DNA from: Actinomycetota bacterium
GTDB taxonomy: Bacteria > Actinomycetota > Thermoleophilia > Solirubrobacterales > Thermoleophilaceae
Assembly (NCBI GenBank): GCA_046735115.1
Contig: JBKPSR010000012.1
Location: 3,317-67,316 of the forward strand
Direction: 5' to 3'
Length of the DNA stretch: 64,000 nucleotides
Below, in pieces: positions 10,095 through 18,879 of the stretch. The translations under genes were made by a program, and so were the position numbers. Below the pieces are notes generated by a model. That model was not told where the DNA came from. It saw only the letters and a program-made list of their open reading frames with translations, and did not search any database. Every line of letters begins with the position of its first letter. The first letter of the stretch is position 1.

Positions 10095-10339
10095 CCCAGC
10101 TTCGACATCACAAGGTCGACCGCCTGACGGACGGTCTTGACGTCTTCCATGTCCTCGCCCTTGAGCTGCACGCCGTAATCGTCCTCGACGATCTGGGCGA
10201 GCTCGACGAGGTCGAGCGAGTCGACGTCGAGCGACTCGAACGTCGCGTCAGGGCTGACCTGGTCCGGCTCGGCGCCGAACTCCTCGAGCGCCGAGGTGAC
10301 CCGGCTCTCGATCTCCTCACGTGTAGCTGTAGCTGCCAT
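10091..10339 (-). CDS. acpP: Acyl carrier protein
   Basis: 82 aa, acidic. Phosphopantetheine site ..[15 protein letters not shown]... Confidence 0.92.
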   Translation of the reverse strand: MAATATREEIESRVTSALEEFGAEPDQVSPDATFESLDVDSLDLVELAQIVEDDYGVQLKGEDMEDVKTVRQAVDLVMSKLG

Positions 10340-10363
10340 TCGTTCGTCTCTCCTTGTTCTATG

Positions 10364-11101
10364 TCAGGCCGTGAGGCCTCCGTCGACGGTGAGGCACACG
10401 CCGGTCACGTACGCGGCGCCATCCGACGCCAGGAAGCGCACGCACTCGGCCACCTCATCCGGGGTGCCCGCCCGCTGGGCGGGCACGTGCTCCAGCAAGT
10501 TGTCTGCGATGCCCTCGGTCATGTCGGTCTCGATCAGACCGGGCGCCACGGCGTTCACTGTCACTCCGCGGCGGGCCACCTCCGCGGCGACTGTCCGCGT
10601 CATCGCGACCAGGCCCGCCTTGGAGGCAGCGTAGTTGGCCTGACCGGCATTCCCGCGCACGGCGCCGACGATGGACGCAATGTTCACGACGCGCCCGTAG
10701 CGGCTGCGGATCATCGGCCGGAGCGCCCGGCGGGTGAGCCGGAAGGCGGCGGACAGATTCGTGTCCACGACCCGGTCCCAGTCGTCGTCGTCGATCATCG
10801 GAGCGAGCCCGTCCGCGCGCACGCCGGCGTTGTTCACCAGCACGAGCACGGGTCCGAACTCCTCCTCGAGCGCGGTGAAGAGCACATCGGCGGCGTCCGC
10901 ATCGGACACGTCGCCCAGCAGCGCCTTCGCGCGGCCGCCCGCACCCGTGATCTCCTCGACCACGGCGTTCGCGCCGTCCTCGTCGCTGCGGTAGTTCACG
11001 CCCACGGGCCAGCCCTCCCGGGCGAGCGCCTTGGCGATTGCCGCACCGATCCCACGTGATGCTCCTGTGACGAGTGCGCTGCCATCGGGTCGTCCATTCA
11101 T
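10364..11101 (-). CDS. fabG: 3-oxoacyl-ACP reductase
   Basis: MNGRPDGSALVTGASRGIGAAIA.., ..NNAG.., ..YAASKAGLVAMT... The ATG at 11101 overlaps the fabH TGA (an alternative ATG is at 11110). The track ORF 10364..12058 is a read-through. Confidence 0.9.
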   Translation of the reverse strand: MNGRPDGSALVTGASRGIGAAIAKALAREGWPVGVNYRSDEDGANAVVEEITGAGGRAKALLGDVSDADAADVLFTALEEEFGPVLVLVNNAGVRADGLAPMIDDDDWDRVVDTNLSAAFRLTRRALRPMIRSRYGRVVNIASIVGAVRGNAGQANYAASKAGLVAMTRTVAAEVARRGVTVNAVAPGLIETDMTEGIADNLLEHVPAQRAGTPDEVAECVRFLASDGAAYVTGVCLTVDGGLTA

Positions 11102-12153
11102 GCCGCCCATTCGATCACGCCCGCGCCCCACGTGAAACCCGCTCCGAAGGCCGCGAGCAGGACGTTCATCCCCGGCTCGAGCAGCCCGCGCTCGCGAGCG
11201 TCGGCGAGCGCGATCGGGAGCGTTGCCGAACTGGTGTTGCCGTAGCGGTCGATCGAGTTCACGACCTTGGCCTCGTCGACGCCGAGCTTCTCGCCCACCG
11301 CGGCGAGGATGCGCCCGTTCGCCTGGTGGTAGACGAACAGGTCGATCTCGTCGAGGCCGAGGCCCGCGCGGCCGGCTACCTCGAGCGAGACCTCCGACAT
11401 CCGCAGCACCGCGTTCTTGAAGGTGTCGTGCCCCTGCATGCGAATGATCCGCTCGCGGTCGCCCGCCGTGATCGACGGTGCGCCGGCCCCGTCGCAGCGG
11501 AGGACGATGTCGCCGATGCGCGCGCGTCCGTCCTCGGCGGGCGCGACCACGACAGCCCCGGCGCCGTCGGCGAAAAGAGCCGCGGTGCCGCGGTCCGCCG
11601 GATCGATGTAGCGGCTCAGCAGGTCGGCACCGATCAGGAGAACGTTGTCCGCGCGGCCGCCCTCGACCTGCGCGGTGGCGAGCTGGAGTCCCGAAAGGAA
11701 GCCCGTGCAGGCGGCGGCGACGTCCATCGCGCCGGCCTTCGTCGCGCCGAGGTCGTGTGCCACGAGCGGCGCGCAGTTCGGGGTGAGCTCGTCGGCGGCG
11801 AGGGTCGCCACCAAGACGAGGTCGACGTCGGCGGCGTCCAGCCCGGCCTCCTCGAGCGCCTGACGCGCGGCGGCCGTGGCCAGGTCCTGCAGGCGCTCGC
11901 CATCCGAGACGTGCCTGCGCTCCTGCACACCCGTGCGGTGAACAATCCACTGCTCGGTCACGCCTGCGCCCTCGGCGATCGCCGCGTTCGAGACGACGCG
12001 CTCCGGCACCGCCATGGCAACGGACGCCAGGGCGGCCGCGCGCAGTTGGCGGTCCCACGGCATGGGGGCCGTCACCGCCGCTGCGGGGTCGGATGCGGCG
12101 GCTTCGCGCACGGCCGCCCTCGCGTCCGGTACGAACAGCTCAGGGCTACGCAT
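11098..12153 (-). CDS. fabH: 3-oxoacyl-ACP synthase III (KAS III)
   Basis: ..AMDVAAACTGFLSGL.. (Cys), ..VYHQANGRI.. (His), ..YGNTSSATLP.. (Asn). The start is uncertain: 12153 (8-nt overlap with fabD) or the internal ATG at 12063. Confidence 0.85.
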   Translation of the reverse strand: MRSPELFVPDARAAVREAAASDPAAAVTAPMPWDRQLRAAALASVAMAVPERVVSNAAIAEGAGVTEQWIVHRTGVQERRHVSDGERLQDLATAAARQALEEAGLDAADVDLVLVATLAADELTPNCAPLVAHDLGATKAGAMDVAAACTGFLSGLQLATAQVEGGRADNVLLIGADLLSRYIDPADRGTAALFADGAGAVVVAPAEDGRARIGDIVLRCDGAGAPSITAGDRERIIRMQGHDTFKNAVLRMSEVSLEVAGRAGLGLDEIDLFVYHQANGRILAAVGEKLGVDEAKVVNSIDRYGNTSSATLPIALADARERGLLEPGMNVLLAAFGAGFTWGAGVIEWAA

Positions 12154-12988
12154 TCGCAGCCTCCTTCGCCAGAGACTTCTTGACGAGGTTCGTCAGGACG
12201 CGGCCGGGGCCTGTCTCGACGAAGTCGGTCACGCCGCGGGCATCGAGCGCGCGCAGCACCTCCAGCCAGCGAACGGGATTCGTGATCGCCTCGACAAGGC
12301 GCCGGCGGATGTCGTCGAAGGGCTCGGCCGTGACGCACGAGTACACCGGGACGCGCGGCTCGCCGATCTCGACGGACTCGACCGCCCCGCGGAAGGGCTC
12401 GACCGCGGGCTCCATCAGCGGCGAGTGGAAGGCGCCGGCGACGGGGAGCCGCTTGGCGCGTACGCCGCGCTCCTGGAGCTGGGCCTCGGCCTCGTCGAGG
12501 GCGCCGACCGCGCCCGAGAGCACGAGCTGGTCGGGCGCGTTGTCATTGGCGATCTGGACGCCGGCCTCCGCGGCCACCTGCGCGATCTCGTCGCGGTTGT
12601 CTTCACGCGCGCGTACGGCGGTCATGCCACCGTCGCCGGTTTCCTCGGCGGCCTCCTGCATGAGGCGCCCGCGCGCGGCCACAAGCCGCAGCCCGTCCTC
12701 GGCGCCGACCGCGCCGGCGGCCACCAGCGCGGTGATCTCGCCGAGCGAGTGGCCGGCCATGACGTCGGCGTCGACGTCGAGCTCGCGCGCTCCCGCCAGC
12801 GCGGCGCAATAGATCGCGGGCTGCGCCCAGCGGGTGCCGTCGGCGGCGCGCTCGAACAGGTCGGGGCCGACCTCCTCGAGGGCGAGCGCGAGCAGGTCCG
12901 GCCGTTGCCGTTCCACGGTTTCCCGCATTTCCGGCGTTTGGCTTCCCTGCCCAGGAAAGAGCAGCGCGGTCTGTGAGGCGCGAGCCAT
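12146..12988 (-). CDS. fabD: Malonyl-CoA:ACP transacylase
   Basis: MARASQTALLFPGQGSQ.. and ..MAGHSLGEITALVAAG... ATG at 12988 chosen over the 13015 track start. Confidence 0.9.
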   Translation of the reverse strand: MARASQTALLFPGQGSQTPEMRETVERQRPDLLALALEEVGPDLFERAADGTRWAQPAIYCAALAGARELDVDADVMAGHSLGEITALVAAGAVGAEDGLRLVAARGRLMQEAAEETGDGGMTAVRAREDNRDEIAQVAAEAGVQIANDNAPDQLVLSGAVGALDEAEAQLQERGVRAKRLPVAGAFHSPLMEPAVEPFRGAVESVEIGEPRVPVYSCVTAEPFDDIRRRLVEAITNPVRWLEVLRALDARGVTDFVETGPGRVLTNLVKKSLAKEAANA

Positions 12989-13038
12989 ATATAGAACTTG
13001 TCTGGTTACGGGCATCTGTTAGCGGGGTTGGACGTAGG

Positions 13039-13057
13039 ACCCCCCGGTCGGGGGGGT
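13039..13057. promoter_or_regulatory. C6/G6 inverted repeat (ACCCCCC-GGTCG-GGGGGGT), 12 nt upstream of the GST start
   Basis: Read directly: 7-bp arms with a 5-nt spacer inside the 80-bp fabD/GST divergent region. It covers the place where an SD for the GST gene would lie. Confidence 0.3.
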
Positions 13058-13068
13058 ACTGTCACCCG

Positions 13069-13686
13069 ATGCTCCGGCTGTACAGAGCGCTGTTTTCGAC
13101 CAACGTGGAGCGCGTGGGGCTCGCGCTCGCCCACAAGGGCCTCGTGGTGGAATCCGTCGTCATCTCATACGAGGACCGCTCGCCGGTCGTGGAGGTGAGC
13201 GGGCAGGGACTCGTCCCGGTGCTCGTGGACGGCGACGAGGTGGTGGTCGACTCCACCCGCATCCTGCGCCACCTGGAGGACAGGTGGCCCGACCCGCCGC
13301 TCTTCCCGCGCGACCCCGCGCGGCGCGCCGAGCTCGATGTTTTCCTCGACTGGTTCAACGAGGCGTGGAAGCCGGCGCCGAACGCGATCGAGGCCGAGCT
13401 GGAGCGCGACCGGGCCGACCAGGGCCGGGTGGCCGCGCACTCCGCCCGCATGCGCGCCTCGCTCGACCGCTTCGAGGCGCTGCTCGACGGCCGCGACCAC
13501 CTGTTCGGCGACGACTTCTCCGCCGCCGACTGCGCGGCCTTCCCGTTTCTGAAGTACGGGAAGCTGCGCGATCCCGAGGACGACGAGCTCTTCCACCGCA
13601 TCCTCGAGGACAACCTGCGCCTCGACGGCGGCCACCCTCGCCTGGCTGCCTGGATCGACCGCGTGGACGCACGGCCGCGGGCTTAG
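13069..13686 (+). CDS. Glutathione S-transferase family protein
   Basis: Starts MLRLYRALFS... Thioredoxin-like N-domain (..GQGLVPVLVDGDEVVVDSTRILRHL..) and a helical C-domain. Confidence 0.8.
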   Translation: MLRLYRALFSTNVERVGLALAHKGLVVESVVISYEDRSPVVEVSGQGLVPVLVDGDEVVVDSTRILRHLEDRWPDPPLFPRDPARRAELDVFLDWFNEAWKPAPNAIEAELERDRADQGRVAAHSARMRASLDRFEALLDGRDHLFGDDFSAADCAAFPFLKYGKLRDPEDDELFHRILEDNLRLDGGHPRLAAWIDRVDARPRA

Positions 13687-14288
13687 GCGGTGAGTCCGAG
13701 CCGCTCGGCCCGCTGCACCGCCTCCGCCCGGTTCCGCACTCCGAGCTTCCGGTAGAGCGCGCTCGTGTGCTCCTTCACGGTGTGGGGCGACAGGAAGAGG
13801 CGCTCCGCGATCTCCTTGTTGGTGGCTCCGCTCGCCATGTGGGTCAGGACCTCGCGCTCCCGCTCCGACAGCGGCGTCGAGGGCTGCTCGGCGCGCGGTG
13901 AGAACACCGTCATTCCTCTTCCTACCATGCGTACGGCCATCGCCACGTCGTGCGCGGGCCAGTCCTTCGACACGAACCCGGCCGCGCCGGCCGCCTTGGC
14001 GGCCTGCGGCGAGATCCAGCCCGCGCCAGAGATGAGGAGGACGCGCGTGCGCGGCGACTCGCGGGTGATCGCCTCGCACAGCTCAGCGCCAGACTGCTCG
14101 CCCAGGAACAGGTCGACCAGCGCCACGTGCGGCTCGTAGCGACGCGCCATCTCGAGCGCCTCCTCGACGGTCGACGCCGTGAGGCAGCGCTCGACCCAGG
14201 GCTGCTCGGTCAGGAGCAGGCGGAAGCCCCAGTGGACCACGTCGTGGTCGTCGACCACCAGCACGCGCAGGTTGCGCTCGGGGCTCAC
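13683..14288 (-). CDS. NarL/FixJ (LuxR)-family response regulator
   Basis: GTG at 14288 overlaps the kinase TGA. Receiver ..LRVLVVDDHD..VALVDLFLG.. and LuxR HTH ..LSEREREVLTHMASGATNKEIAERLFLSPHTVKEHTSALYRKLGV... Confidence 0.85.
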   Translation of the reverse strand: MSPERNLRVLVVDDHDVVHWGFRLLLTEQPWVERCLTASTVEEALEMARRYEPHVALVDLFLGEQSGAELCEAITRESPRTRVLLISGAGWISPQAAKAAGAAGFVSKDWPAHDVAMAVRMVGRGMTVFSPRAEQPSTPLSEREREVLTHMASGATNKEIAERLFLSPHTVKEHTSALYRKLGVRNRAEAVQRAERLGLTA

Positions 14289-15412
14289 TCGGCCGAATCC
14301 TCCTCCAGCGGCACGACGAGGCGCACGCGCCACTCTCCCCGCTCGGGCCCGAACTCCACGAGCGCGCCGCGCTGCAGCGCCTCCACCGCCGCGAGCCGGA
14401 GCCCCATGCCGGCGCCGCGGGTCGCCGGCTGCTTGTCCGCGCCGTCGTTTCGGACCTCGAGCACGAAGGCGCCGTCGAGGCGTCCGACGCGGACGCGCAC
14501 GGAGGTCGGCTTCGCGTGCTTGTGCGAATTTCGGAGCGCCTCCGCCAGCACGGACTGCGCGAGCGGCTCGACGTCCTCGGGCACCTCCACCCCGTCCTCC
14601 CAGGCGAGCTCGAGCGGCAGGTCCTTGTAGTGGCGGCCGAGCCGGGCGAGCTCACCTCGAAGCGTTGCGCCCGTGTCGAGCGTTGGCGGGGCGAGCGGGC
14701 GCGAGAGCGCCTCGCGGAGGTCCGCCAGGGCGGCGTGCATCTCCTCCGCGCAGCGCCGGCGCGCCTCCTCGCTGAGGGCGTGTTCGGAGCCGAGCACGAG
14801 CGAGACGCCGAACAGGCGCTGGACCACCCGCTCGTGCAGCTCGCGCGCGAGGTCGATGCGGGCCTGGAGCAGCCGCGCGCGGCCCTGCTGGCTCGTCGCG
14901 ATGCGGACGCTCGCCGCGAGCGCCGCGGTCTTCCCGAGTGTCCAGAGGTCGTCGCGCTCGGCGGGAGTCAGCTCGAAATGATTGCCGCCGCGGTCCGCGA
15001 AGATCACGCCGAGCCAGCGGCCGGCGGCGGACACCGGCACGCAACAGAGCGTCTCGACTCCGCCCAGGCGCGCGTAGCGCTCGGGGACCCAGCGGGCGAG
15101 CTCGCCGGTCACCTCGACCACGCGATCCTCGGACAGTGCCACCTGTGCGATGGGCGTCTCCTCGAGCGTGCCGTACAGCTCGGAGAGGAGGCCGGGCTCG
15201 ACCCCGTGGCTCCCCACAACCACCACGAGCTGGCGCGCGTCGTCGTAGAGCAGCAGGCCCGCGCGGTCCATCGCGCCGAGCCGGCAACAGGCCTCGCAGA
15301 GGCGGTCGTAGAACTGGCGGCCGGACTGAGCGCTTCCATCGAGCGCACCGAGCAGCCCGACGATCACGTCGAGCGCATCCGTGCGCTGGGAGAGGGCCTG
15401 GCCTTCGGCCAT
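14285..15412 (-). CDS. Cytoplasmic GAF-domain sensor histidine kinase (HisKA_3 type)
   Basis: No TM segments. GAF-like N-half, H-box ..ARELHERVVQRLFG.., ATPase ..EALRNSHKHA.. / ..GAGMGLRL... Start could be ATG 15412 (MAEGQ..) or 15469. Confidence 0.8.
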   Translation of the reverse strand: MAEGQALSQRTDALDVIVGLLGALDGSAQSGRQFYDRLCEACCRLGAMDRAGLLLYDDARQLVVVVGSHGVEPGLLSELYGTLEETPIAQVALSEDRVVEVTGELARWVPERYARLGGVETLCCVPVSAAGRWLGVIFADRGGNHFELTPAERDDLWTLGKTAALAASVRIATSQQGRARLLQARIDLARELHERVVQRLFGVSLVLGSEHALSEEARRRCAEEMHAALADLREALSRPLAPPTLDTGATLRGELARLGRHYKDLPLELAWEDGVEVPEDVEPLAQSVLAEALRNSHKHAKPTSVRVRVGRLDGAFVLEVRNDGADKQPATRGAGMGLRLAAVEALQRGALVEFGPERGEWRVRLVVPLEEDSAE

Positions 15413-15488
15413 CGCCTTCTCTACGTCCCCACTCGGGCAATGGTTACAACGTGGCTTCGCAGCGACCACCGCCGGGTGCTTGCGCTAA

Positions 15489-15737
15489 CTACGCGTGAAT
15501 CAGCGACAGGCGCAGCGTCTGCTCGGACGTGAGCGACACCTCGCGCGCATAGCCGCAGCTGTTGCAGCGGCACTCGACCGTGCCATCGAAGTCGTCCACC
15601 CGAAGCGACCACTCGACATCGCCCGAGAGACAGACCCGGCACGCGAGCGCGGCTGCGACGAGCTGGGGGTCGTCGTCCCCGCGGAAGGTGGCGAGCTCCA
15701 GCGACTCGTTCATCACGCCTACCGTCCCGCGTCTCAT
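15489..15737 (-). CDS. Small Cys-rich (zinc-ribbon-like) hypothetical protein
   Basis: 82-aa ORF with high GC3 between folK and the kinase. CxxC (..ACRVCL..) plus CxCxxC (..ECRCNSCG..). No family recognised. Confidence 0.45.
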   Translation of the reverse strand: MRRGTVGVMNESLELATFRGDDDPQLVAAALACRVCLSGDVEWSLRVDDFDGTVECRCNSCGYAREVSLTSEQTLRLSLIHA

Positions 15738-15782
15738 AAGGGCGGACCACAGCCGAACACCGTAAACCCCCCGCCTGGGGGG

Positions 15783-16292
15783 TCACAAGGCGCCGGCCCG
15801 CCGCACGGGCTGGTCGCGCACCGCTTCCAGCCGGTCGGCGAGCCGTGTGCCGTCGGGCAGCGCGAGCTCGGGATCGAGCTCGAGCAGGGGCTCCAGCACG
15901 AAGCGCCGGCTCGTGACCTCGCGGTGCGGGAGCGACAGCCGCTCCGAGCGGAGCTCGAGGTCGCCGAGCAGGAGCACGTCCACGTCGATCGGCCGCGGGC
16001 CGTGGCGGACGCCGCCCGGCCGGCGACCCAGCTCGCGCTCCACCGCCTTGGCGGCGTCGAGCAGCTCCTCCGGCCCGAGCGCGGTGCGCACTCGCACGCA
16101 CGCGTTCAGGAACTCGCGCTGGTCGAGCAGCTCGCCCTGCGGCGCCGTCTCGTAGACCGACGAGGACGCCACCACGTCGACGCCGTGGCCGGCGAGCGCG
16201 TCGCGCGCCGCGCGCAGGTTTGCGAGGCGGTCGCCCAGATTGGAGCCGAGGCCGAGGTAGCCGACCCGGCCGCGCTTCAGACTTCCTTCCAC
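15783..16292 (-). CDS. folK: 2-amino-4-hydroxy-6-hydroxymethyldihydropteridine diphosphokinase
   Basis: ..GYLGLGSNLGD.., ..SSVYETAP.., ..RPIDVDVLL.., ..LPHRE... GTG at 16292 (16-nt overlap with folB) is the nearest canonical start. The track ORF to 16520 is Arg-rich read-through. Confidence 0.85.
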   Translation of the reverse strand: MEGSLKRGRVGYLGLGSNLGDRLANLRAARDALAGHGVDVVASSSVYETAPQGELLDQREFLNACVRVRTALGPEELLDAAKAVERELGRRPGGVRHGPRPIDVDVLLLGDLELRSERLSLPHREVTSRRFVLEPLLELDPELALPDGTRLADRLEAVRDQPVRRAGAL

Positions 16293-16717
16293 ACCTCGAC
16301 CGAGACCTCTTCGACAGGCAGCGGGATCGGCGGCTCGGGCTTCGTCGCCTTCACGCGCACGGACTCGGCGCCGAAGCGGTCGATCAGACGCTCGGCCAGC
16401 GCTGCGCATAGGCGCTCCAGCGTCCTGTACTGGCGCTCCTGCGCGCCGAGCGCCACCTGCTCGCAGACGTCGGCGTAGTTCACGGTGTCCTCGATCCGGT
16501 CGGTAACGGTCGCGTCGCACTCGTCAAGCTCGAACGCGATGTCGAACACCAGCCGCTGGCCGACCTCGCGCTCGGCATCGCTGACGCCGTGGTGGGTGTA
16601 GAGCGAGAGGCCGTTTACCTCGATGGAGACGGCCGGCGCGACGGGGCCTCGTTCGTCGTCGAGCTCGTCGTCGTCGTCGATCTCGTCGAACTCGTCGTCC
16701 CGCTCCCGGTCCCACAT
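16277..16717 (-). CDS. folB: Dihydroneopterin aldolase with acidic N-terminal extension
   Basis: ..IEVNGLSLYTHHGVSDAEREVGQRLVFDI.., ..TVNYADV.. is the FolB core, preceded by MWDRERDDEFDEIDDDDELDDERG. The ATG sits directly after the folP TGA. Confidence 0.85.
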   Translation of the reverse strand: MWDRERDDEFDEIDDDDELDDERGPVAPAVSIEVNGLSLYTHHGVSDAEREVGQRLVFDIAFELDECDATVTDRIEDTVNYADVCEQVALGAQERQYRTLERLCAALAERLIDRFGAESVRVKATKPEPPIPLPVEEVSVEVWKEV

Positions 16718-17515
16718 TCAGCCGAAAGTAGCAGCGGCGACCGCCAGGGCATCGGCGTTCTGGGCGACGTCGTGCACGCGGAAGATCGTGGCGCCGCGCT
16801 CCAGGGCGACCACGTTCGTGGCGATCGTCCCGGGCACGCGCCCGCCCTCGTCGCGGCCCCCGGCGAGCTTGCCGAGGAAGCTCTTGCGCGACGTCCCGAT
16901 CACGACCGGGCGGCCGATGGCGACGATCTCGTCCAGCCGCCGCAGCAGCTCGAGGTTGTGCTCCACGGTCTTGCCGAAGCCGATGCCAGGGTCGAGCCAG
17001 ACGCGCTCCTCCGGAACGCCCTCGCTCGTGGCGAAAGCGAGCCGCTCCTCGAGGAACGCCCTCACGTCGGACACCACGTCGTCGTAGCGAGGATCCTGCT
17101 GCATCGTCCGCGGCTCGCCGAGCATGTGCATGAGGCAGCAATCCGCGCCGGACTCCGCGACGAGCGCCGCCAGCTTGGGGTCGAAGCGGAACGCCGACAC
17201 GTCGTTCACGATCGTCGCGCCGGCGTCCAGGGCCGCACGCGCGACCGCCGCCTTGGTGGTGTCGATCGAGACGCGCGCGGCGCCGCCTGCGGCCAGCTGC
17301 TCGACGACGGGGAGCACCCGTTTGAGCTCCTCCTCCGCCGAGACGGGCTCGGCGCCCGGTCGCGTGGACTCGCCGCCCACGTCGAGGATCGCCGCACCCT
17401 CGCTCGCCAGCCGCCGCCCGTGCTCGACCGCGGCGGTTGCGTCGAGGAACAGCCCGCCGTCCGAGAACGAGTCGGGCGTTACGTTGACGACGCCCATGAT
17501 GACCGGCGCGCGCAT
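16718..17515 (-). CDS. folP: Dihydropteroate synthase
   Basis: ..IMGVVNVTPDSFSDGG.., ..ILDVGGESTRPG.., ..SIDT.., ..IVNDVS.., ..GTSRKSF... Confidence 0.92.
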   Translation of the reverse strand: MRAPVIMGVVNVTPDSFSDGGLFLDATAAVEHGRRLASEGAAILDVGGESTRPGAEPVSAEEELKRVLPVVEQLAAGGAARVSIDTTKAAVARAALDAGATIVNDVSAFRFDPKLAALVAESGADCCLMHMLGEPRTMQQDPRYDDVVSDVRAFLEERLAFATSEGVPEERVWLDPGIGFGKTVEHNLELLRRLDEIVAIGRPVVIGTSRKSFLGKLAGGRDEGGRVPGTIATNVVALERGATIFRVHDVAQNADALAVAAATFG

Positions 17516-17522
17516 GTGCGGG

Positions 17523-18827
17523 TCAGCGGACCGCCAGCTCGTTCGTCACTCTCGTCAGCGACTCGTCGATCACCGTGACCGCGAGGTCGACCTCGTCGTC
17601 GCTCACGGTGAGCGGCGGCGCCATGCGCAGGCAGTTGGCCGAGCCAGCGCTCTGACCGCGCACCAGGTTCATCGACAGCCCGCAGCGGAGGCACTCCTCC
17701 GTGAGCGCGCGGCCGAGGGTGTCAGCCGGCTCGCGGGTGTCGCGGTCCTCGACCAGCTCGACTCCCACGAGCAGCCCCATCCCGCGCACGTCGCCGATCG
17801 ACTCGTGGCGTTCCTGGAGCTCGCGCAGCGCGGACATGAGGCGGTCCCCACGCTGCTTCGCGGCGGCCGGCAGGTCCTCCTCGAGCACCACGTCGAGCAC
17901 CGCGCCGGCCGCCTGCGCCGGCAGCGGGTCGGACACGTGCGAGGTCACGTGGATGAAGCCCAGCTCGAAGCAGCGCTCCTCGATCTCCGAAGTCGTGACG
18001 ACCGCCGATATCGGGATCCCGCCCCCGAGCGTCTTCGACAGCACGAGGAAGTCCGGCATGACGTCGTAGACCTCGAAGCCGTAGAGCCTCCCTAGGCGGC
18101 CGAGGCCGGTCTGGCACTCGTCGAGCACCAGCTGCATGCCGCGCTCCTCGCAAAGCTCGCCCATGCGTGTGAAGTAACCCGGCGGCGGGACGATGACGCC
18201 GCCTGCCGAGAGCACAGGCTCGGCGAGCACCGCCGCGGGCGAGCCGACGCTCGCCTGGTCGAACAGCTCGAAGCCAGCCTCGAGGCAGCTGCAGTCGCAG
18301 CTCCCGTCGCAGTGGCGGATCGGGCAGCGGTACTCGTACGGCGCGGGAATGGCGAACGCGCCGGGCGTGTTCGGGCCGTAGCCGCGCCGGCCGGCGGCGT
18401 AGGTGTGGGCCGAGGCGCCGGCGGTGACGCCGTGCCAGCTGCGCGTGAGGGCGGCCACCTCGAACCTTCCCGTGAACAGCTTCGACATCCGCAGCGCGGC
18501 CTCGTTGGCCTCGGCACCGGTCGAGAGGAACATGGCGCGCTCGAGCGGCGCGGGCAGGGTGCCGACGAGGCGCTCCGCAAGCGACAGCACCGGCGGCGAG
18601 AGCGACCACGAGTTGAGGTGCATCACGTCGCGGCAGGCCCGCTCGATCGCCTCGACCACGCGCGGGTGGTTGTGGCCGATCGTGGCGCAGATCTGCCCCG
18701 CGGTGAAGTCGAGCACCCGGCTGCCGTCGTCGAGCTCGAGGAACGACCCCGAGGCCGACCTGACGATTCCGGGCGCGAACGGCCCGCCGTAGCGGATCAG
18801 GAGGTCAGCGGCGTCCATGCCCGGCAT
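17523..18827 (-). CDS. Class-III PLP-dependent aminotransferase
   Basis: ..LSTGAEANEAALR.., ..LVLDECQTGLGRLG.., PLP-Lys context ..DFLVLSKTLGGG... Possible starts are ATG 18827 or 18818, or GTG 18869. Confidence 0.85.
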   Translation of the reverse strand: MPGMDAADLLIRYGGPFAPGIVRSASGSFLELDDGSRVLDFTAGQICATIGHNHPRVVEAIERACRDVMHLNSWSLSPPVLSLAERLVGTLPAPLERAMFLSTGAEANEAALRMSKLFTGRFEVAALTRSWHGVTAGASAHTYAAGRRGYGPNTPGAFAIPAPYEYRCPIRHCDGSCDCSCLEAGFELFDQASVGSPAAVLAEPVLSAGGVIVPPPGYFTRMGELCEERGMQLVLDECQTGLGRLGRLYGFEVYDVMPDFLVLSKTLGGGIPISAVVTTSEIEERCFELGFIHVTSHVSDPLPAQAAGAVLDVVLEEDLPAAAKQRGDRLMSALRELQERHESIGDVRGMGLLVGVELVEDRDTREPADTLGRALTEECLRCGLSMNLVRGQSAGSANCLRMAPPLTVSDDEVDLAVTVIDESLTRVTNELAVR

Positions 18828-18879
18828 CGTTCCACGACGGGGCCGCGCGCCGCAACGGGCGCAGGGCACCGCAACCGGC

